From: an uncultured delta proteobacterium
GTDB taxonomy: Bacteria; Myxococcota; Myxococcia; Myxococcales; Myxococcaceae
Assembly (NCBI GenBank): GCA_963771175.1
Contig: CAVYSY010000033.1
Span: 96,001 to 160,000, forward strand
Direction of reading: 5' to 3'
Length of the DNA stretch: 64,000 nt
The position numbers were made by a program, and so were the translations under genes. Each line of letters begins with the position of its first letter. Position 1 is the first letter of the stretch. Below the pieces are notes generated by a model. That model saw only the letters and a program-made list of their open reading frames with translations. It ran no database searches and was not told where the DNA came from. Below are positions 11,452 to 22,188 of the stretch, piece after piece.

Positions 11452-12606
11452 ATGCACTACCTCCCCCTCCTCCTCGCCCTCGGCCTGCTCGTGGCACTGC
11501 ACGAGCTGGGACACCTCGTGGCCGCCCGGCTGCTGGGCGTGCATGTGTCCCGCTACACGCTCGGCTTCGGGCCGGCCGTGTTCACCTTCCGGCTCCGGGG
11601 GACGGACTACGTGCTCGGCGCCGTCCCGCTGGGGGGCTCGGCCCGCATCCACGGGATGAACCCCCACGAGCCGGGAGTGGACCCCGCGGACCCGACGAGC
11701 TTCGCGGCGCGGACGCCCTGGAAGCGGATGCTGGTGCTGCTGGCCGGGCCGCTGACCAACTGGCTGTTCGCGCTGGGCGTCCTCGTCGCGCTCTACACCT
11801 CGGGCACGCACGTGGTGGTGCCGCTCACCGTGGGCACCATCACCCCCGGCTCGGAGGCGGCGCGCGCGCAGTTGCTGCCGGGAGATCGCATCGTCAGCGT
11901 GGACGGCCGGCCGCTGGAGAACTGGTCGGAGTTCGTGGAGCTCATCGTCCAGAGCCCCGGCCACGAGCTGAAGCTGGGCATCGAGCGCCAGGAGGAGCCC
12001 CGGGAGGTGACGGTGCGGCCCCGTCCGGACGAGCGGGGCGAGGGGCGCATCGGGGTGAGCCAGCAGTACGTGTACCGCTCCCACGGTCTGGGCCAGGCGC
12101 TGATGCAGGCGGTGGCACACACGGGGAACCTCGTGGCCGAGGGCACCCGCCTGCTCGCGCGCCTGCTCCAGGGACGGCAGGGCGTCCTCGAGGCCAACCC
12201 GGCGGGGCTGGTGAAGCAGTCCTCGGGCGCGGCGGCCAGCGGCCTGGGGGCCTTCCTGCGCGTGCTGGTGAGCCTCTCGGTGGCACTCGCCTGCTTCCAC
12301 CTGCTGCCCCTGCCCTCGCTGGATGGAGGGCGGATGCTCTTCCTCCTCTTCGAGGCGGTGAGCCGCCGGAAGGTGCCGGCGCGCGTGGAGACGGTGGTGC
12401 ACGCGGTGGGCTTCCTCGCGCTGCTGTGGGTGGTGCTGACGGTGGCACTCGCGAACGTGCGCCAGCACCTGGCTCGCGGCGGCACCCTCCGCACTCCCGC
12501 CGCCCTCTCTCCCGACGGGGGCTCCACGAGTCCGACGAAGGCCACCGAGGCCCTGGACCCTCCGGACGGCGGCCTGCCCCAGTTGGCGGACGACCTCGGC
12601 GAGTGA
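11452..12606 (+). CDS. M50 family (RseP-like) intramembrane zinc protease with one PDZ
   Basis: HELGH, LLAGPLTN, LLPLPSLDGG. Confidence 0.88.
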   Translation: MHYLPLLLALGLLVALHELGHLVAARLLGVHVSRYTLGFGPAVFTFRLRGTDYVLGAVPLGGSARIHGMNPHEPGVDPADPTSFAARTPWKRMLVLLAGPLTNWLFALGVLVALYTSGTHVVVPLTVGTITPGSEAARAQLLPGDRIVSVDGRPLENWSEFVELIVQSPGHELKLGIERQEEPREVTVRPRPDERGEGRIGVSQQYVYRSHGLGQALMQAVAHTGNLVAEGTRLLARLLQGRQGVLEANPAGLVKQSSGAAASGLGAFLRVLVSLSVALACFHLLPLPSLDGGRMLFLLFEAVSRRKVPARVETVVHAVGFLALLWVVLTVALANVRQHLARGGTLRTPAALSPDGGSTSPTKATEALDPPDGGLPQLADDLGE

Positions 12607-12721
12607 GCGCCGGGCACGATGCGACGCTGGCCCTCCGGGCGACCGGGAATGCCCTCGGGGCAACGGACCCACGCCGGAAGGAGGCGCCAAGGCGATGGGA
12701 AGGCCCTATGCTCCACCCGGC

Positions 12722-13372
12722 ATGAGCACCAAGGCGAAGAACAACGGCCTCTTCTGCGAGCTCTACTGGGGCACCACCCTCAACGAGGCGTGGAGCTTCG
12801 ACCCGGAGCAACCGCGCGTGCTCGCCGCGCAGGAGGAAACGGCCCCCCTGCCCCTCTACGGCTTCACCCTGCCCGAGGAGCCCTACCTCCTCGCCGAGCG
12901 CACCGAGCACGGCTACCGCGTCTTCGTCCCCCCGGCGGCGCGCCTCGAGCGAAGCCGTCGCGGCGAGGCCTTCCGCGCCGTGCCCGAAGCGGAGCTGCAG
13001 CGCACCGGGGACCGCGCCTGGGTGGAGCTCACCCAGGATGACCGGCTGCGCCTCTCCGAGGGAGAGCTCTCCCTGCACCTCGCGCCCTCCGTGACAGGCA
13101 AGCGCACCTCGGGCCTGGGGCTGAAGGATTTCGGCTGGCTCGCGATGGTGTCGCTCCTCTTCCTCAGCCTGCCGGTGGGCTTCCTCCTCGCGGGGCCCAG
13201 TCCCGAGCGCATGGCCGAGTCCAACGCCCGTGCCCTGACCCAGGCGCGCGAGCGCGAGCAGGCCGAGCGCAAGCGGCTCGGGGTGGACACCCCCGCGCGC
13301 CCCATCTCCCCGGAGGAGTCGCGGCCCGACGCGGGCATGAAGACGCTGCCCGCCAACCTCGGCGTCCAGTGA
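12722..13372 (+). CDS. Hypothetical single-TM myxobacterial protein
   Basis: ORF with host codon usage; one hydrophobic segment WLAMVSLLFLSLPVGFLL. Confidence 0.65.
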   Translation: MSTKAKNNGLFCELYWGTTLNEAWSFDPEQPRVLAAQEETAPLPLYGFTLPEEPYLLAERTEHGYRVFVPPAARLERSRRGEAFRAVPEAELQRTGDRAWVELTQDDRLRLSEGELSLHLAPSVTGKRTSGLGLKDFGWLAMVSLLFLSLPVGFLLAGPSPERMAESNARALTQAREREQAERKRLGVDTPARPISPEESRPDAGMKTLPANLGVQ

Positions 13373-13375
13373 GGC

Positions 13376-14045
13376 TCAGGGCCCCAGGCCCACCCACACC
13401 TCGCCGTCCTCGTAGAACTCCTTCTTCCAGATGGGGACGTCCTGCTTGAGCCGCTCGATGGCGTGCTCGCAGCCGAGGAACGCCTCCTTGCGGTGGGGCG
13501 CGGCGGCGGCGATGACCACCGCCAGCTCACCCGGCAGCAGCGTCCCCACCCGGTGCACGATGGCCAGCCGCGTCCCGCTGAAGCGCTCGGCCACCTCGGC
13601 GCCAATCTCCGCCAGCTTCTTCTCCGCCATGGGCGGGATAGGCCTCGTACTCCAGCCTCAACACCCGCCGTCCGCGCGTCTGGTTGCGCACCGAGCCGGA
13701 GAAGGTGACGAGCCCGCCATAGGCCTCGCCGGCCACCGCCTCCACCACCTCCTCCAGCCGCAGCGGCCGGTCCACCACCCGGAACAGCCCGCCGCTGCCC
13801 CCGGCCACCGGTGGAATCAACGCCAGCTCCGCGCCCGGGGGCACCTCGGCGTCCGAGTCGGAGAACTCCTGGTTCACCGCCACCCGCAGGTGCGGCAGGA
13901 GCGGCGCGAGCGCCGGGTGACGCGTGGCCAGCAGGCGCAGCACATCCGTCACGCGCGCGCCCGGCGGCAGCTCCAACGACTCGCGAGGCAGTCCCACGCG
14001 CTCACGCGCCGCGGCGAAGTACAGGACGGTGATGGTGTCAGGCAC
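13376..14045 (-). CDS. moaDE: Molybdopterin synthase MoaD-MoaE fusion, frameshift ~13632
   Basis: VLYFAAARE...PPVAGG (MoaD) followed by LEYEAY, HRVGTL, IERLKQDVPIWKKE (MoaE). Confidence 0.88.
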
Positions 14046-14054
14046 GGACCCCTC

Positions 14055-15907
14055 TTAGCGCGACCGGAGCACCGTGCGCGCCCTGAAGCGACCGCCCCCC
14101 TGCTCGGGGTTGAAGTCGAGGAAGACGAGCTCGACGGGCGGCAACTGGTCCAACAGCGCATCCACCAGCGAGCGGGCCACGGGGAGCTGCTGCGAAGGCA
14201 CACCCGGCACCACCTGGGGCGCATCCAGCTCGGCGCGCAACTGCCCCACGTCCACCACGGCGGAGAGGTGCCCGGACTCGAAGGCATTGGCGCCGAAGCG
14301 CTCCCGCAGCGCCGAGCCCACGTCACCCGTGGCGCGACCCACCAGCGACTCGCCGCCGTGCATCGTCAATCGATCGGCCGTGACGGTGAACTCCACTGGC
14401 TGCTCCATCACCCGGGTGCGCAGGCGCGTGGCATCCGCGCCCTTCACCACCTCGAAGGGCTGCCCGCGCGCCTTCAGCCGCCCGGTGAGCCAGTCCACCA
14501 CCGGCTCGGAGCGGACGAGCCCCGCCTCGAAGAGCAGGGTGCCACGCGGATCCGGCCTCCGGCTGCCACGGATGAAGTTGCGGTAGAAGGCCGGCGCGTC
14601 GAAGTAGGCCAGCATCGTCACGTCTCCCCGCAGCGCGCCCAGCAGGCTGTCCGCGCCGGCCGCGTCGAAGCCCTGCTCCTCCAGACGCTGCAGCGTGCGC
14701 TGGCGGCGCTCCGAGTCAGGCGCGCCGAAGACGAGCTTCGCCAGCTCCTCGGGCGGAATGGACACCATCAACGCGGCGATGGGGCCCGCGGGCGCATTGC
14801 CCAGCAGCGCCGAGCCGGGCGCGCTCTTGCCCTGGAAGAGGTTCTGCTCCGAGGCCACCCAGCCCTCCAGCTCCGCCCCCCCTCCTCCGCCCGGAACGCC
14901 GCCCAGATGCCCCGGATGCCGGTGGCGGCGTCCTCGCCCACCGCACGCACGAAGACGTACACGTTGCCCGTGCCCACCTTCGGCCGCAGCTCGGTGAGCA
15001 GCGGCACCTCGGACAGCCCCGGGCCGCTCATCCCAATGATCCGCGCGCGAATGGCGTCCACCTGGGACGTCTCGTCCTGGCTCCGCTGGGGCCGCACATC
15101 CGCCCGCGCCTCGGCCGGCTCGTCCTCGGCCGGCTCGCCCTCCTCGGGCTCTCCGTCGCCCGTGTCCGACATCACGAGGTAGAGGTAGCCGCGGTCCGCG
15201 AAGAGCAGCAGCGGCGCCCCGTCCTCACCCCGAAGGTGGACGAGGCCCTCGGAGGGCTGGCGGTTCACCACGGTGGCCCCGCCGGACTCCAGCTCCCCCA
15301 CCACCGCGTCCAGCGCGGCCGGTTCATCCATCACACCCAGCAGCCCCACGGTGCCCTCGAAGCCGGGCAGCGAGAAGAAGCCCACGCCCTCCTCCAGGTC
15401 CACCAGTCGGGGCTCGCCCCTCATCTCCCGCAGCACGAGCGACAGCATCGGAGCCTCCTCCAGCGAGCTCCGCGCCTGCGCCTCGCCCACCAGCCGCGAG
15501 TAGAAGCCCAGCAGCGGCTCCACGTTGCCCCGGAGCTGGGGGAAGAAGACGGCCACCTCCGCGTCGGCGGGGATGGCGCGCAGCACCGGGCGCGGCACCA
15601 CCGTCACCCGGGCACTGGCCAGCACCTCATCCTTCTCCAGCGCGCGCACCGTGAAGGCGCCCGCGCGCGGAAAGGCATGGGACACCCGCGCGCCCTGCCG
15701 TGGCGGCGAGCCATCCCCGAAGTCCCACGTTACCACCGGCGCGTCCTTGGCCTCGGAGCCGAAGCCCACCGGCACGCCGGCCTCCACCGTGCGATCCTCC
15801 CCCGCCTCGGGTTTCACCATCCGTCGGCAACCGGGGCCCACAAGGACCACGGTCACCAGCCAGAAGGCGGTCAGCGCTCGAAGGGAAGGACGCACATGGG
15901 GTGTCAT
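14055..15907 (-). CDS. PKD-domain lipoprotein, frameshift ~14870
   Basis: Lipobox-like VGPGC; AGEDRTV and WDFGDGS PKD motif; two consecutive ORFs in different frames. Confidence 0.7.
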
Positions 15908-15914
15908 GTACGGT

Positions 15915-16631
15915 CTAGTAATCCAGCGATAGACCGAACATCCAGTACGAGTCCGAGAGATTGAAGCCCTCGCCCCCGAAGTTGTTCACTTTCGCGTACG
16001 TGTACTCGGCGAAGATATAACTGTGGTTGATGCCGAGGTCCGAGTCGAAGTCGCGCGCCAGCCGCGGCTCCAGCACGTCCAGCAGGAAGGACGCACCGGC
16101 CGCCACCTCCCAGCCAAACTTGTTGCCGCGCCCCTCCACGTCGCCGACCTGCTCGAGCTCACCGCCCTTGGTCACCCACCAGTGCGAGAAGACGAGCCCG
16201 GGCTTCACGTAGGGCACCAGGGGAATGCCCCAGCGCAAGGCGGGGTAGTCGAACCGGTAGACGGCGCGCAGGTGCACGGGCAGCACGTGGAAGCCCGTGC
16301 GCTCCCCGCTCGTGCCACCCTCGGGCAGCAACGCGGAGGCGTACTTCTCCGCGTAGCCGAGCGACAGGCTCACGCCCGCCGAGCCGATGCCCTGGTAGAA
16401 GAAGCGCTGCAGCTCCCCCTCGAAGAGGAGCAGATCGCTCTCCCCGAAGACCTTGGAGAAGGGCGTGTCGGTGAGCCCCTCCTCCTTGTCGAGCTGCGGC
16501 CGGTAACCACCGAGCCGAAACTCCACGGAGCCGCTGCGGGGCGACTGCATGGGCACATCGGACGCTTGCTGCGCCTCGCCGGGGAGGGCGGCGAGGAATG
16601 CCGCGACGCCGAGGGCTACTGCTCGAGCCAT
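15915..16631 (-). CDS. Outer-membrane beta-barrel protein (MXAN_2562-like)
   Basis: Signal peptide, amphipathic strands, C-terminal aromatic (FGLSLDY); adjacent to MYXO-CTERM gene. Confidence 0.75.
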   Translation of the reverse strand: MARAVALGVAAFLAALPGEAQQASDVPMQSPRSGSVEFRLGGYRPQLDKEEGLTDTPFSKVFGESDLLLFEGELQRFFYQGIGSAGVSLSLGYAEKYASALLPEGGTSGERTGFHVLPVHLRAVYRFDYPALRWGIPLVPYVKPGLVFSHWWVTKGGELEQVGDVEGRGNKFGWEVAAGASFLLDVLEPRLARDFDSDLGINHSYIFAEYTYAKVNNFGGEGFNLSDSYWMFGLSLDY

Positions 16632-17521
16632 GAACGATTTCTCCTTGAGAACAGCCAGAAACCCAGGACGGCCAGCACCGCGCCGCCCGCAACTCCGCCG
16701 CCCGCCGCGCCGCAGCCCGTCTCCTTGCCGCCGGCGTCCACGTACTCCTGCAGGAAGCCGTTGGTCTTGATGGGGGTGCCCTCCACGACCTCCGACTTGT
16801 CGCTCTCGTTGCCGGCCTCGTCGATGGCGGTGGCCGCGAGCTGGTACGTCACCCCGTTTTCCAGGCCCTCCACCTCGAAGTCCCCCTGCCCCACGCCCCG
16901 ATCCGGGCTCGTGACCGGGGTTCCGTCCGGCAGCGTCACGTACAACTTCACCTTGTTGCTCCCCGACGGCTCACTGACACGCACGCGCAGGGCCTCATCC
17001 AGCCCGCTCACCTCTTCGATGGTGGGCACGCCCGGCGGCAGCGCGTCGTAGGTGAGCTTCGCGGGCGACGCCTTCGACACCGAGTTGGCGCACGCCCCGG
17101 TGTACGCGTCCGCCGCCCTGGTGGAGGCACAGACCCGGAACTCCTGCTCGAAGCCCGAGGCACCGCATGTTCTCGTCCCGGCATCCGACGGGTCGGAGAA
17201 GGGCAGCGACGAGACGTCGAACTCGACAACCCCCGTCTTCGTCTGATTGAGGGTCGTCTGGGGCACGGGCGTCAGCGAGAAGCGCGACGTCTGTTGGGCG
17301 GCGGTCTCCTGGCACTCGGTGCCTTCGGTGACCCAGATGGCGAGATCCTGACAGGCAGCGGTCCCGGTGGATGTCCAGGTGACGAAGACTCGCTGATTGG
17401 CACAGTCCTCCGGAGAGACACTCCGCGTGTCCCCTCCGTTGGCGAACCGGAGATTCACCTGCACTTGTGCGGACGCCACGGTCGACACGAGCACGGCGGC
17501 GATAATGAGAAGGGTGCGCAT
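16616..17521 (-). CDS. Fibronectin type III domain, MYXO-CTERM-anchored surface protein (MXAN_2561-like)
   Basis: Signal peptide; GLENGVTYQLAATAIDEAGNES FnIII motif; C-terminal GCGAAGG-hydrophobic-RRNR. Confidence 0.78.
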   Translation of the reverse strand: MRTLLIIAAVLVSTVASAQVQVNLRFANGGDTRSVSPEDCANQRVFVTWTSTGTAACQDLAIWVTEGTECQETAAQQTSRFSLTPVPQTTLNQTKTGVVEFDVSSLPFSDPSDAGTRTCGASGFEQEFRVCASTRAADAYTGACANSVSKASPAKLTYDALPPGVPTIEEVSGLDEALRVRVSEPSGSNKVKLYVTLPDGTPVTSPDRGVGQGDFEVEGLENGVTYQLAATAIDEAGNESDKSEVVEGTPIKTNGFLQEYVDAGGKETGCGAAGGGVAGGAVLAVLGFWLFSRRNRSWLEQ

Positions 17522-17648
17522 GGGCGGGCAGGTAGGGTAGCAAGTCGGAGGCCAGGGGAAACCCGGCCCCGCTCCCTTGATTTCCGGGGGAAAGTGGCCC
17601 GGCTCCCGGTCAAATGGGCACGAGCGCCCCGGCGGCCTTGCCAAATTG

Positions 17649-18678
17649 TCAGGCGGGACGCTCGGCCAGCCGCAGGCCGGCCTCCACGAGGTTGAGGGCG
17701 GCGCCCCGGCCGGCGTTGTCCACCGCGGCGAAGAGGGTGAGCCACTCGGGGGACTGGGGGAAGGAGCGCAGGCGGCCCACGTGGACGGTGGGGTCGGCGG
17801 TGACGAGGCTCGTCATCGGGTAGACCTTCTCTCCGGGTGAATCCAGCACCTTGAGCGCGGGCGACGCCCTTGAGGGCGGCGCGCGCCTGGTCCACCGGGG
17901 CGGGCTTGCGCAGGCGCACATGGAGGCTCAGCCCGTGGCCGAAGAAGGTGGGCACCTGGACGGCGGTGCCGGCCACCACGGGCACCTCGCCCTTGGGGGC
18001 GAAGAGGCGCGCGGCCTCCAGCGTCCAGCCGGCCTCCTCCTCCGTCCAGGGCGAGTTGGCCATGAAGAGGCCCACCTGGGGCACCAGGTTGAAGCCCACG
18101 CGGTGGGGGAAGTGGTGCGCCTCGGGCTCGCGGCCGGAGAGCAGGGCCGCCGTCTGGGACTCCAGCTCCCGCAGGCCCTGCTGGCCCCCGGAGGACACGC
18201 CCATGAGGGCCGTCACCTGCACCTGGGCCACGCCGAAGGCCTGGCGCAGCGGCTCGAGCACCGTGACGAGGGCGGTCGTCACCGCCGAGGGCACGGACAC
18301 GATGCGGCCCTTGAAGGAGGCGTCCAGCACCTCGGAGTTGAAGCCGGGGAGCACCAGGGGGACGTTGCCGTCGGCGCGGAAGGCGAGGCTCGCGTCCACC
18401 ACCCAGGCCCCCGCCGCCTGGGCCGCCGGGGCGAGCCCGCGCGACACTTCCGGCGGCGTGGCGAGAATGACCAGGCCGATGCCCCGGAAGGACTCGGGGG
18501 TGGCCTTCTCCACCTCCAGGCTCTCCTCGCCGTACTCCAGCTCCTCCCCCGCGGAGCGCTCCGAGGCCAGCACGGAGAGACGCTCGGCGGGGAAGTCCCG
18601 GTCGAAGAGGGCGGAGAGCACCTCGCCGCCCACCACACCGGTAGCACCCACCACGGCGATTCGCAGGTTCTCGTTCAT
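17649..18678 (-). CDS. Aspartate-semialdehyde dehydrogenase-like (Usg-type) protein, frameshift ~17870
   Basis: VVGATGVVG, ASERSAG, VPTFFGHG, DNAGRGAALN; NPNC catalytic motif replaced by VPSA. Confidence 0.85.
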
Positions 18679-18717
18679 GGCGCGTCCTTTACCCCAGCAC
18701 CGGCCCGAGTGGTCCTC

Positions 18718-18793
18718 ACTTCTGGTCGACCAGAAGTCTGTCCCCCAATGGCTGTGGGACGACATGCGACATCACTTCTGGTGGCCAGAAGTG
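18718..18793. promoter_or_regulatory. Twin palindromes ACTTCTGG-N3/4-CCAGAAGT in a divergent intergenic region
   Basis: ACTTCTGGTCGACCAGAAGT at 18718-18737 and CACTTCTGGTGGCCAGAAGTG at 18773-18793. Confidence 0.6.
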
Positions 18794-18994
18794 GGCGCCG
18801 GAGCGGCTCGGAGCTGGAGACGTACGCTCGCCTGCCGGCTTTCCTTCAGGTTGCCAGGAAAGGAAGCAAGAGCAGCAAGCCGTGGACGGGTCCGAGTGCG
18901 CCCTCCGGTAGACTGGCACCGGAAGCACCGGCCACAGGGGGCCTTGGGAGCCACCTGCACGCACCTCCGCGAGGCCGAACGGTGACGCACATCG

Positions 18995-19534
18995 ATGTGG
19001 ACGCTCGTCTCGTTGTGGCTGGTGGCGCAGTTGCCGCCTGATGGCTCGGCGCAACTGAAGAAGGTGGACAGGCTGATGCCCGAGCTCCGGCGCATCGCGG
19101 CGGACCCGGCCGTGGTGCGCGAGGTGAAGCGGCAGAACGCGCAGCGCATCCGCCTGGACACCGTCCAGAAGCTGGACGCGGAGTGGAGCGCGACCCCGGC
19201 CCTCACCCCCCACAAGCGCAAGGTGCTGGGCAGCACGTGCACGCGTGCACTCGGCCGCGACCTCGAGCGCCTCGGACGGGTGGTGGCCGAGGCCTTCGTC
19301 ATGGACAACCAGGGCGCGCTCGTAGGCGCCACACGGCGTACCTCCGACTACTGGCAGGGCGACGAGGCCAAGTGGCGCGAGTCCTTCAAGGGAGGCCGGG
19401 GTGGGGAGCTGCGCGAGAAGCCCTTCTTCGACGAGTCCTCGCAGTCCTACGTCGTCCAGGTGTCCCTCCCAGTGAAGGACGGCGCCCGCGTCATCGGCGC
19501 CCTCACCGTGTCCGTCTCGCTGCTCGAGCTCTGA
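18995..19534 (+). CDS. Stand-alone periplasmic PDC/Cache sensor-domain protein
   Basis: Signal-like N-terminus; EAFVMDNQG, TSDYWQGDEAKW, FDESSQSYVVQVSLPV. Confidence 0.75.
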   Translation: MWTLVSLWLVAQLPPDGSAQLKKVDRLMPELRRIAADPAVVREVKRQNAQRIRLDTVQKLDAEWSATPALTPHKRKVLGSTCTRALGRDLERLGRVVAEAFVMDNQGALVGATRRTSDYWQGDEAKWRESFKGGRGGELREKPFFDESSQSYVVQVSLPVKDGARVIGALTVSVSLLEL

Positions 19535-19538
19535 AACC

Positions 19539-21440
19539 ATGAACCTCCCCTTCCTGGATGGCCTCAAGCTGCGGGGCCGCATCACCCTCTCCGTGGCCCT
19601 GCTGTCGGCCCTCTCCCTCCTGTCCCTCACGGCCCTGGGCCTGTCCTTCACCCGGCGCACGCTGTCGAGGCAGATCCACGCCACGCTCAAGGTGGAGGCC
19701 GAGGGCCTCAAGGACCTGGTGGAGCGGACCCTCGTCGAGCGCGAGGCGAGCGTGAAGAGCTGGTCCGAGGACGCCATCCTGCGCGGAGCGCTGCTCTTCG
19801 ACACGTACGACAAGAGCGACGCGGTGCTCGCGGGGCTGGCGAAGCGCCACCCCTCCATCAGCGGCTTCGTCCTCTTCGACGAGCAAGGTCGCGCCGTCTC
19901 CGCCAGCTCTCCAGCACTGCTCGAGACCTTCCGGGGCAAGGAGCGCGAGGTCCGCCAGACGACGTGGTACCTGGCGGCACGCGAGGATCGCTTCACCGCC
20001 GACTCGCTCTCCGCCGAGAAGGACCCCGCCTTCGGCCGAAGGGTGCTGCCGCTGGCGGCGCCGGTGCTGAGCCCGCTCAGTGGCGCCCGCATCGGCGTGC
20101 TGCTCGCCGCGTACGACTGGAGCCAGGTGGGCGACGTGGTGAAGGACGCGGTGCAGCGGGCCCACGAGCGCGCGCAGCGCAGCTTCGCCCTGGAGGTCCA
20201 CCGCGCGGACGGCACCCTCCTCTTCGACTCGCGCCCCGCCGATGCGCCGCCCATCACCCGGGCCGTGTCCGAGGAGGCCCTCAACGGCACGAAGCTGCGG
20301 GACGTGGGGGACGGCTGGCGCTTCGTGGCGAAGGTGGACGCGGCCGAGGCCTACGCCCCGGTGACACAGGCGGCCACGGGGGCGCTTCGGGCTGCTGGCC
20401 CTCTTCCTGGGACTGGCCGTGCTGGGCTCCTGGTGGCTGGCGCGGAGCATCTCCCGCCCCATCACCGCCCTGAGCGAGGCGGTGACGCACGTCGTTCAGG
20501 AGGGGGACTTCTCCCATCGCGTGGAGGTCACCAGCGGGGATGAGGTGGGCGATCTGGCCAGGGCCTTCACGCGGATGATGGAACATCTGCGCGAGAGCAC
20601 GCTCGGCATGCAGCAGGGCATGCGCCTGCTCACCGAGGCCATGTCCGAGCTGACCCAGGCGGCCGAGGTGCAGGAGCGCAACCTCTCGCGCCAGGCGGCC
20701 GCCATCCAGGAGACGCAGGTCACCGCGCAGGAGATCCAGCAGACGTCGCAGATGGCGGCGGATCGCTCCCAGTCCGTGATGGAGGTGGCCACCCGGGCCG
20801 AGGAGGTGGGCAGCGCGGGCGAGTTGAAGGTGGCCGCCACGTTCGAGGGCCTCAAGGAGCTGCACGCGAAGGTGGGCAAGCTGGCGAGCAACATCATCTC
20901 GCTCGGCGAGCGCACCCTGCAGATTGGCGACATCGCCCAGACGGTGAAGGACCTGGCGGACCAGTCGAACATGCTGGCGCTCAACGCGGCCATCGAGGCG
21001 GTGCGCTCGGGCGAGCACGGCAAGGGCTTCTCGCGTGGTGGCGCGGGAGATCCGCAGCCTGGCGGACCAGTCCATCGACTCCACCGAGCCGGGTGCGGGA
21101 AATCCTCGACGGCGTGCGTCAGTCCATCCAGTCCACGGTGGCGATGACGGAGAAGGGGCAGCGGCAGATGCAGGACGGGCTGGAGCAGGTGCGGGCCAGC
21201 GGCGAGAGCCTGCGGGAGCTGACGTCCATCATCCGGGACAACGCCGGAGCGGCGCGGCAGATTGCCGTCGCGGTGAACCAGCAGAACGCGGGCATCTCGC
21301 AGATCTTCACCGCGGTGACGGACCTGTCCGCGCTGATGGACGAGACGCTCCAGAGCCTCCAGGCCACCACCCGGGCCACGCGCACGCTGCGCGAGGCGGC
21401 CGAGCGCATGGAGACGGTGGCGCGCATCTACCGGGTGTAG
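19539..21440 (+). CDS. Methyl-accepting chemotaxis protein (Cache-HAMP-MCP), frameshifts ~20385, ~21035, ~21088
   Basis: TM-Cache-TM, HAMP ([10 protein letters not shown]), [32 protein letters not shown]. Confidence 0.9.
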
Positions 21441-21444
21441 CGCC

Positions 21445-22179
21445 TCAGTCCTCCTTGAGGCGAGCGGTGGGCGGAGGCCCGGGCAGCGGAGGGAACTTGG
21501 GGTTGCGCTCGGGCTCGGAGGCCCGGACGTAGTGCGGCTCCAGCGCGAAGACCGCCTCCAGGGACTGCTCCTCGGGGAAGCGCACCAGGTGCGCCAGCGC
21601 CACCGCCGAGGGGAAGGTGGGCGCGTCCAGCAGCCGAGAGGGTGCCACGCCGTGGGACTCCAGCGCGGCGCGGTAGTCGGTCAGGGCGGGGCCCAGGGCG
21701 AGCGCCTCGGGCTCGGCGGCCATGCGCGCGGCCACCTCCTCGGGGCTCATCGCCTCCTCGGGCCCGAGCGCCTCCACGCGCTGGCCCATGCGCCGGTAGC
21801 GCCCGAGGTAGAGGTCGTCCTTGCGCGCCACCGCGAGCGCGAAGAGGGGCGGTCCCTCGGGACCCTCCAGGGCCACGGCCGCGAGTGACGAGGCCCCGGC
21901 CACCTTGAGGCCCGCCGCGTACGCCAGCCCCTTCACGCAGGACAGGCCGATGCGCAGGCCGGTGAAGGAGCCGGGACCCAGGCCAATGGCCAGCCCCTCC
22001 AGCGACTTCAGCGCCACCCCGTGCCGCGCGAGCAGCTCGCCGACGACGCCGGGCAGCGCCTCGCTCTGCTTGCGGGGCGGGGCCACCACCAGGTGCTCGA
22101 GGACGCGCACGCCCTCCCCTTCCCGCTCCACGAGGGCCAGGGACAGTGTGAGGGTGGAGGAGTCGAGCGCGAGGAACAT
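21445..22179 (-). CDS. tsaB: tRNA t6A biosynthesis protein TsaB
   Basis: LALDSST, GPGSFTGLRIG, LEPHYVR. Confidence 0.92.
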   Translation of the reverse strand: MFLALDSSTLTLSLALVEREGEGVRVLEHLVVAPPRKQSEALPGVVGELLARHGVALKSLEGLAIGLGPGSFTGLRIGLSCVKGLAYAAGLKVAGASSLAAVALEGPEGPPLFALAVARKDDLYLGRYRRMGQRVEALGPEEAMSPEEVAARMAAEPEALALGPALTDYRAALESHGVAPSRLLDAPTFPSAVALAHLVRFPEEQSLEAVFALEPHYVRASEPERNPKFPPLPGPPPTARLKED

Positions 22180-22188
22180 GCGAGCCTT

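Noticed and set aside
13376..14045. Programmed frameshift separating MoaD and MoaE
   Set aside because: The break lies inside the MoaE domain and fits the window-wide indel error pattern
18718..18793. Twin palindromes as a mini CRISPR array
   Set aside because: Only two ~20-bp units, unequal centres, and no cas genes in the window
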